A stretch of 64,000 nt of DNA from Octopus sinensis (taxonomy: Eukaryota): positions 71,238,001-71,302,000 of the forward strand of contig NC_042999.1 in assembly GCF_006345805.1 (NCBI RefSeq). The letters are read 5' to 3'. The translations under genes and the position numbers were made by a program. The notes under the pieces are model-generated. The model did no database searches. It saw only the letters and a program-made list of their open reading frames with translations, and was not told the origin of the DNA. Positions 54,382-64,000 of this stretch are shown here, one piece after another. How positions within the stretch are numbered: position 1 is the first letter of the stretch; every line of letters starts with the position of its first letter.

Positions 54382-54605
54382 GACGGGCTTCCTTCAGTTT
54401 CCCTCTACTAAATTCACTCACAAGACTCTAGTTGACCCGAAGTCATCGTAGAAGAGATTTACCCAAGGTGCCATGTAATGGGTCTGCACACAATTTAACT
54501 CACAGGGCATGGGACGACCCGTGCCTTTAGGAAATATTTGTCCAAAATTCCACACAGTAAGATCGAACTCGAAACACGAAACCTCGTGTTCGAAAGCGAG
54601 CTTCA
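54382..54605 (-). mobile_element. Decayed SINE 5' half (family of 48491-48897)
   Basis: gacgggcttccttcagtttcc..cccaaggtgcc. Confidence 0.65.
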
Positions 54606-54607
54606 CA

Positions 54608-54642
<35 letters not shown>

Positions 54643-56125
54643 TATGGCACGCATATATTTACGAGCATATACTTATACAAGTATACATACGCACATATAT
54701 CGGCATACGTACAAATAACACCAATGTATACAGGGACGTATATTTATATACCCACATACTTTCATGTCGGCTCCTCCGAAGCTTCGTAAACATATTTATA
54801 CACATACATATACAAAAACGTAAACTGCTTACACACAACTATGTACCCCGTACATTGGCATACAACGTATCAATAAACACACACCCTCGCTCGAATAGGC
54901 ACACATACAAAAATAGCCATACATTAACATGTGCATTATGTGCATTGTCTGTGGATGGCGGAATCGTTAAAGCGTCGAACGAAATAATGTGATAATTGAT
55001 GACGTCACAATACTTTCAGAGTTCAAACCCTGTCCAGCTTCAGTCTACCTTTAATTCTTCCGAGGTCTATAAATTAAACAACATCAAGCGATAAAATCAA
55101 TACTGGAGGATTCGTAGAATCGGTTATATTTGAAGTGGTGCTCCAACATGACCACAATCCATTGATATACATACATACATTCATACGTACATACATAAGA
55201 TATATATATATATATACATACATACATATATATATATATAAATTTATATGCATGCATAACACATCAGCCCATGTGCTCATTCATAAACATCTGTGTGCAG
55301 CTATATAGACAGACACACAGACACAGGTAGATAGCCATGTTGTGGCATATCTAAGCTTAGACACCTACACAAAGATACATGCACAGACACACATACACAC
55401 ACACACACACACGCATGCATACATGCAAGCACGCACACTGACTCGTAGCATACCCACATGTGATCATGTTTACAGCTACATGTTCATACATATTCAACGC
55501 ACTCACGTGCACATGTATGCACACAGATACACGATGAAAGAAGTAATTTTATACATGTATGCACACACACAAAATAATTAGGCAAATGTTTACACTTGTA
55601 TTTGAACAGGAACATACATATACTACACATTCTCTGGCTCTCTCCTTCCCTCTCTCTCTCTCTCCCTCACACAAGCAAAAGTACGTACACGCATATATAC
55701 GTATGAACATATCTACATACAAAATTAACACGCACTTCTGTATATACTCATACATTCGTATGTTCACACATATTCGGAAGAACACTGATGCACATATATA
55801 ATACATGCTTACATACTCACGCACCACATACACATAGACACACGCACATACTTACAGGCATGCGGGCATATATATATATAATATATTATAATATATATAT
55901 ATATTGTACATCCGCATATACGTAAATGCATGTAATATATATATATATTATATAATATATATATATAATATATATATATTATATATACATACATACATAC
56001 CACACACATATATATATATATATATATACATACACGCACACACACATATATATACATATGGAGCGCATACAACCATATATACAAGAACATTATATATTTG
56101 TGTGTGTATGTGTGTCTGTGGTGTA

Positions 56126-56195
<70 letters not shown>

Positions 56196-57081
56196 GAGAG
56201 ATAGACAGAGAGAGACAGGGATATACCCTTACGGGAGAGTGCAGACACGTTCCGTACAAACTCATAGACAGATGTACACATCTCCACAAACACACACGTG
56301 CACACAAACTCTCCCATTCCAACACACACACACGCACCTACAAACAACCCTCCCCCCTACTCGTCTCTCACTTGCTATACTGGGGTCCACAACTCAAACT
56401 CCCATTTCACCGTAGCTTTTCCTCCTCCTCCTCCTCTCCTACGACCAAACAACATAACGCTAAATCTACACACATACAGCCACGCCCCCTCCACCTCAAA
56501 ACTTCAATCTCACAAACTGCGTTCTTCGACACACGAACCCACACATTACAACCTCCTACACACAAACACATATATACACATTTACACATACACACTTACG
56601 CAGACACAGATGCACAAATAAACACATACAGAACACACACACACACACACCACACACACACACATACACACGCGCGCGCGCAGCACGGCAGCGTAGTTCC
56701 GTAAAAACATGGGCAGCGGCATTCGTTATCATGTATATCTAAACGGCATAAAGATGCTGCTGTCTGCAATACGCGGACGCTTATAAAGTTTCTCTTGTTT
56801 TTTATTGTTTGATTTCATATATAATATATATATATATATATATATAGAATATATAAATATACATATATATATGTGCATATACATATATACATACATATAT
56901 ACATACATATATATTTACTTTATATGCATAGATGTATATATATATACACATATAAAACTTTATATTTATATGTACATATATTTATACTTATATGTCATTT
57001 TTATTAGGTTTTCTACATCTATCCCATATATACATCATATTTCTATCCAGTATCGAACTTTGATGTAAACTTTGCAAACGT

Positions 57082-57122
<41 letters not shown>

Positions 57123-57217
57123 GCGTGTTCTTAAGTTCATCGTAACAACATCGTATATCTGAAATATATCTAAATCTGTACTCTCTCTCACTCCACTCTC
57201 ACTGACTACTATATATA

Positions 57218-57259
<42 letters not shown>

Positions 57260-58772
57260 TATATCTGTAATGATATACCTGCCTGCTTAACGATCTCTCC
57301 CCGATCTCTCTCCGTTTCATCATTCCATTTTCTGTGTGTTATTTTATTTTATATCATTACAAACAGAGGATTAAAATCGAGCCCAACCTTGATTTAATTT
57401 CTGAGTTTCATTTTTCATTCTCTATTTGCGCTTCTCTTCTTCCTTCCTCACCCTTCCTCACTCTCCTACTCAACATCTATCTATTATCTTCTTTCTCGAA
57501 GGCTTTTGTTGGATTTCGTTTCTTTTATTTTTCTTTTTAAAAAAATCCGCTATTGTATCTTTAGAAAATACCACTTACAGAAATCTTCAAATTTTTGTGT
57601 TTAGAACATCAAGTTTCCTAACTTCATCTGCTGCTTTCAGAAAAAAAGAAACTATTCTAAAATGAACAAATGAAGCTTTGTCATAATAGATTTATAAATT
57701 ATTGAGATTCATCCACATCTATTATTATCATCATTAATATTATAACGCCGTTATTATTTCGTTAAGAATCTTTTATTTACTACGTGAAAAAAAAAAAAAA
57801 AAAGACAATGAAGTAAAAAGCAACAAAATATAATTAAAAATAAAAATCTTCACGCACTTTTCAAGGCAGCAGTATCACTTCCTACTCTTGCAGTCCCCAC
57901 TTCTTAACTTCCTTATTTTTCTCTCTTTATTATTTATTTACTTATTTATCTATTAATTTATTTATATTTTATTTATTTATTTTTTGGAAATTTACTTTTG
58001 TTCTTATTTGTTCTTTGGACAAAACTTACGACTAGAGGCGCCACCGGACTAATATTGCTTAATACATATCTATCTACATATATATATATATATCTATATG
58101 TATATGGACACACATTATCAATGGAGTCCCATTTATTGGTATTTATTGTTCTAATCTCCGCAACAGGTAAGTGAAACATGTTCCCAATGTTTTTTGGCAA
58201 ACATAATATGTCACATTCATGCAATATACCACGTGTTATCACCGATATAATATTTGTTACGCTATCTTTTAATTGTTCTTTTCTGATATATGTTTCTGGT
58301 GTATATACATTTTCCAGCGGCTGCTGCGTAATGCGAGGGGGTGTTTATAAGATAGAACCGCTGTTTATGCTACCTTTCTTTTTACAGGACAGACTATCTT
58401 GCGATTGCATGTGTGTGTGTGTGTGTGTGTTTGTGCGTGTGTGTGTGTGTGTCTGTGTGTGTGTGTCTGTTTTATACACACGTGTGTACGCAATAACTTA
58501 TAAGTATATACTTATATGGATTTATATGTATAAAAAACATAGTTGTATGTTTGTAAACAAGAGTACCATGCGTGTACATGAGTCGATTCATATATATATA
58601 TATATATAAATTCTATATAATGATATAAATAATAGCATGCAAATTTGGGGTTAAGAAAATAAACCGCTTGGATGGAAAAAAGTCGAAGTCTGGTCTTGGT
58701 ACTCCAGCCCATATCTTATGTAAAAATAAACGTTCTTATAACATAAACTGGATATATATCTATATACATACG

Positions 58773-58810
<38 letters not shown>

Positions 58811-59089
58811 CATTTGTAAGTATATAGTAATAACATATATAGTAATAAAAGCTATATGTGTGTCTCTGTGTGTGCGTATGTGTGTGTAATAGTAAAAGCT
58901 GTACAGAAAGACGATGAAAGTATATACGTAAAACAGGAAAAAAAACAACATAGACAAGACGTCGACACGTTCATCCCTCATTAGTTATCGATCAAAAATC
59001 TTCACAACTTCGACATGTGTGTGTGTGGATGTATTTGTGCGTGTGTATGTGTGTGTTCGCATGTGTGTAGGTGTGTGTGTGTGGGTGGG

Positions 59090-59348
59090 TGCAGGCATGC
59101 TTGAGTGGTTAGGAAATCCGTTTCATCCTCATGCGGTTCATACTGTTTCGGATTCGCTTCCACAGAATCGCGTGGGTATGTATAAGTCACCATAGCCTTG
59201 GGACCTGCGTTCTGCTGAATCTATTCGAGAATTACATTTAGGGTACACGTGTCTGCGGAATATTCAGCCACTTATTCGCTAATCTATCGGGTACTTAGTT
59301 CAGTCGATCGAGTCACCGGAATACACTTCTCGACGACGCTGACGGAGA
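59090..59348 (+). mobile_element. Decayed SINE related to 6407-6770
   Basis: gctgaatc..gagaattac..agggtacacgtgtctgcggaatattcagccactta mirrors the 6480-6545 segment. Confidence 0.6.
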
Positions 59349-59486
59349 TTTGTGTGCGTTTGAAAATATATTTACATGTATGTATTTATGCGTATGCACT
59401 GTATATACTTGTATGACTGTATATATATATGTACGCATGTGTATATATATATGTACGCATGTATACGTTTGCATGTATGTATGTAC

Positions 59487-59517
<31 letters not shown>

Positions 59518-59627
59518 TGTATGTATGTATGTATGTATGTTGTATATATATGTGTATGTATATATAATAGTATATGTTTTTGATTTGAATGTATGCATCC
59601 ATGTATGTATAATTGTTGTAAGTGTGA

Positions 59628-59673
<46 letters not shown>

Positions 59674-59915
59674 TTTATGTGTGTGTGTGTATATATATAT
59701 ATATATAGATATATATATGTGTATATATAGATGTTATATATATGTATGCGTTTCGAAAACACGCATTGAGTCGAACCAGGGGCAGCTGATGAAGCGGAAT
59801 ATTCCTTGTATTTTGTCTTGTACTCTGTTTTTTCGTTGCTTAAAAAAAGTCCGTTTCCTTGTTTGTTTTTATGTTTTCGTTTCTCGTGTTTCACGTTTAT
59901 TTGTGGTGTCCTGTA

Positions 59916-59985
<70 letters not shown>

Positions 59986-60016
59986 TGTATATATACATAT
60001 AGATGTAGGTATGTAC

Positions 60017-60075
60017 AAGCTCTACCTTGTAACTTGTCCATCTGTGTGCAGCCCTGAGTGGCCAATAAAGAAACT
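60017..60075 (+). mobile_element. ~60-bp 3' tip of the Tx1-type LINE
   Basis: aagctctaccttgtaacttgtccatctgtgtgcagccctgagtggccaataaagaaact matches 38188-38247. Confidence 0.85.
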
Positions 60076-60098
60076 TATTTATTAAATGTTATATATAT

Positions 60099-60140
<42 letters not shown>

Positions 60141-61419
60141 TTATATGTGTGCATATATACACATGTATGTGCGTGTGTTTTTATGCTCTGTTCATTTCCT
60201 TCGCGTGTATTTATTTACTTTTTCTGTTTTTTTTTATTTCGTTTCTTCTTTAGCGAGTAATGCAACCTTGAATACAAAAACTGAAATATTTTTCCAAATA
60301 AATCATTTGTCGGTAAAAGACAAACAAACTTGATATCTTACGAATATTACACTAACACTATACTGTTTTTTCTTTTCTTTTATATAATAATCCATTGCAA
60401 CATAATACTGATGTATTTTCCAGAAATAGCGAAAAATTACTTCAAACTTTAGAAATTCGTTCAAAATCATTGCTCAGAATTATAAGGTGTTTCATTGTTT
60501 ATTGATAAACACAAATACTTTTTCGAGTTATAAAAATCCTTAAACTCTGTATTCATCTTTCAGTGATACCGTCGTCACACACTGGCGACTTTACTGGCTA
60601 CTTCGAATAGATTGAAGTCGGGACTACATGCAAAAGTAAATAGTCAACGAAACACACATGAATCCTATTATATCTCTTCTGCCTACTGTGGTGAACTATA
60701 TCACCCACTGTACGTATGTATTTGCAGCGAAATAGATTCGGCAGCAGGCTTTTAAAAAAGCGATTTCGTGGAGGAAAGGTAGCTGCTGTGACAGGAGTGA
60801 AGTTGCTGATGTTTTTACTTCTGTTTAACGAGGTCTTCTGTCCTCTCTGCTTCCGTTTTTCGTTTAACAAAACCATCAGATCTCTTTATGTAAGTTGTGT
60901 ATGTAACCTGCCCATCTTCGACTTCTCTGTTCTTAATACCTGGAAAACTGTATCATTTGTCTCGTTATCTTTAAATCTGTTTGATAGGATCAACTGCCCA
61001 CTCTGCGCTCAATATTCAATTGTATTTTTTATCTGTGCGTTGGATGATGGTTGTCAAGTGGACACAGAATCTTGTCTTATCTGCGCTGGATGTTTGTATG
61101 CAGGACTGTGTTCGCTTTTCTGTATGTTAACATAAATAATATAAATATACAAATTAATATAAAAAAGAAATATGTATTCAGAAATTCAAATTAAAACAAA
61201 AACCAACAGTATATTTATAAAAATCTACATGCACGCTTTTCTTCTATCATCAGTTTTTCAGTTTATTTTTCTAAATAAGTCTGAAATTCCCTGCAAAAGT
61301 GTCAAGTAATTACTTCAAAACTTCGTCTATCGACTCGGATAATAGACCACGCTTAAGTACAATACCTGTGAATAGCTTCACGCAACTGACAAACTTACGC
61401 GACATATCGTCGGTTATCC

Positions 61420-61568
61420 CTTTTGTTAGTTTTTTTTTTTTACACGATCCCTTTTGACCGGAATTTTTTCCTCCCATTTTTTCTATTTCCTTCCTTTTTC
61501 TTTCGAAAAGAAAAGCTCTACATTGTATTTTGTCCCTTCTGTGTTCGGCCCTGTGTGGCTAATAAAGA
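61420..61568 (+). mobile_element. 3' UTR fragment of the Tx1-type LINE followed by (TATC)n
   Basis: acgatcccttttga..aaaagaaaagctctacattgta..ccctgtgtggctaataaaga then (TATC)n to ~61764. Confidence 0.85.
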
Positions 61569-61658
<90 letters not shown>

Positions 61659-61682
61659 CCTACCTATCTCTCTATCTCTCTG

Positions 61683-61765
<83 letters not shown>

Positions 61766-62148
61766 GCCACTCTGTCCGTCTGTCCGTCTGTCTATTCGTC
61801 TGTTTATGTATCTACGTATGTGTAAATATTATACTCTCCCACACACACGTGTGTGTGTGCGTTTATGTATATAAAAAACAAGTATGCAGATAAACAAATT
61901 ATACACATCAAATATATTAAACGTGTTAAATTCATCAAATACAAAATATGCATATATGTATACATGCAAAACGAGAGAAAGCAAAAAATGGGAACTTTCA
62001 AATGATGAATATTTTTGTATAAATATGTATATATTTACATTAACAGGTCCAACATACACAGAGTACAAATGACAGAGAAAAAGGGGTGGAAGAAAGGTGT
62101 AGTATATACACACATACCAATTTGTATTTATATGTATACGTATATGTA

Positions 62149-62223
<75 letters not shown>

Positions 62224-62289
62224 TTGTGTGGATGTGTTTGTGTGTATACACATGTATTATACATCTATAGCTACCTATCTATGTATATA

Positions 62290-62521
62290 CAGGGTGGCTC
62301 AAAAGTAGGTTTACAGTTATCACGTAGGCACTTTAAATTTCTTCTAAAACATTTTCCTACATTTAAATTTCTATCTTACAAACTGAAAAAGGGAGCTTCA
62401 CAAAATTAACTAAATTACTAAAGAATAATGGTCTCATATTTTTTTTTGTAATTAAGATCTAAACTATATGAATGCGAAAGAGATAGTTGAATAACTGTAA
62501 ACCTACTTTTGAGCCACTGTG
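62290..62521. mobile_element. Tc1/mariner-type MITE
   Basis: 31-bp TIRs cagggtggctcaaaagtaggtttacagttat / ataactgtaaacctacttttgagccactgtg (2 mismatches), TA flanks. Confidence 0.88.
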
Positions 62522-62838
62522 TATAATCGTACGTGTACATATACATGGATACTTAAACACATATACAGGCAACAATGCGTTTGTGTTGTTAGTGGTACAG
62601 TGTAACCGATAATGCAACCAGTAAGGTAAAGAAAACTGACTACGTTGGTTAGACTAAATATATATTGTATAAGATTACAGCTCCAGATTACAGCATTCCG
62701 TCAAATAGTGTTATGTTTATGTAGTCCATGTAGTCGGATAATCCTCTGACAGGACTGATTGGTGAAGCTACTGATTTTCCAAACTTTCTTAAAGTTATAC
62801 CACACAATGCTTCACCAAAACTACCTCATTAATAATAT

Positions 62839-62887
<49 letters not shown>

Positions 62888-63014
62888 TATTATATGTATG
62901 TATGTATGATATATATATATATATATATCTATATTATATATATATATATGATGTATGTATGTATTATATATATATATATGTATGTATATATATATATATA
63001 TGTATATATATATG

Positions 63015-63087
<73 letters not shown>

Positions 63088-63094
63088 TGTGTGT

Positions 63095-63727
63095 GTGCAG
63101 CATAACTGTGTTAAGAAGCTTACTTCCCAACCGCATGGTTCTGGGTCAGTCCCACTGCATGGCACCTTTTACTACAGCTTCGGTTCAACCAAGGCCTCGA
63201 GAGTGGATTTCGTAGACGGAAACTGAAAGAAGTTCTTCCTGTACGTATACACCCACCACATTTATATGTTAAATAAAATAAGATACATAAGAAATTAGAT
63301 ATAATGCAGAAAGTATAAAAGTATATCTCTCCCTCTCCAGAGAAAATTCGTCTAAAAAAAAATGAACTCTACTAATTCCTTCTACTGACGCCCTTTTAAC
63401 TCGCCTTTGATGAGATATTATTTATTTTCCTGAAACAGCTGAAAGACCACCTTTCTTTTCATAAATGTCCTAGGAATATCAAATTGCCTTGGCCTTGTTA
63501 TGTCATTTTATTTAATATATATACGCTCACACACCACCTGCTTTAGACTCCTCACACATACTATTATCGAACCAGGAGCTTAACAGCGGTCCTTCCATAG
63601 CACTTACACAACGGTTTGGGTATGGATTTTGTTGAATTTTCTGCTGCTTTAAATAAAGCATATTACTCTACCACTGGTATTTGAGTACTCTTTTTTTCCA
63701 CCTTGTTTCACATTTATGTGTTACTCC

Positions 63728-63794
<67 letters not shown>

Positions 63795-64000
63795 GTGTGT
63801 TTGTATTTATGTATGTATGTATGTATGTATTACATAGCTATCCATCTGTATGTCATCGTGTTTGTGCTTGTCATCCCTTCATCACTTGACAACCGGTGTT
63901 TGTGTGTTTACGTTCCAGTAACTTAGCGGTTTGGCAAAGAGCTGATAGAATAATTACTAGGCTTAAAAAAGCCCTGCGATCGATCTGTTTGATTAAAGCT
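63095..64000 (+). mobile_element. SINE (family of 48491-48897) split by a ~500-bp insertion in its internal microsatellite
   Basis: Head at 63095-63240, body resumes at ~63855-64000; the insert carries a degenerate TTGATGA..GAAACAGCTG motif near 63405-63445. Confidence 0.7.

Noticed and set aside
60598-61135. Overlapping 92-aa and 139-aa ORFs as coding exons
   Set aside because: No recognisable domain or clear splice sites; kept only as a possible non-coding unique region.

Overview
Very AT-rich, microsatellite-saturated eukaryotic DNA with no recognisable host protein-coding exon. The repeat types suggest an intergenic or intronic stretch of a coleoid cephalopod (Octopus-like) genome; this is an inference. 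Most of the ORF track is microsatellite translation ((AT)n, (CA)n, (TATC)n, (TATG)n). The real content is decayed mobile DNA: four CR1/L2-type LINE copies, about six 5'-truncated L1/Tx1-type LINE copies (several at (TATC)n), a Penelope-like element (RT + GIY-YIG) plus older Penelope remnants, R4/Dong-like remnants, a full-length dead mariner, Tc1/mariner fragments and MITEs, and at least four tRNA-derived SINE families. Highlights: (i) a Tx1-type LINE apparently targeting (TATC)n, whose 3' tail is shared by a Nin/Deu-type SINE; (ii) a second Tx1-type family inserted, perhaps twice, in the tRNA-like head of a SINE; (iii) short hammerhead-ribozyme elements in (TA)n tracts, including a 362-nt circularly permuted retrozyme-like unit; (iv) several fold-back structures. 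All calls are by eye and boundaries are approximate.
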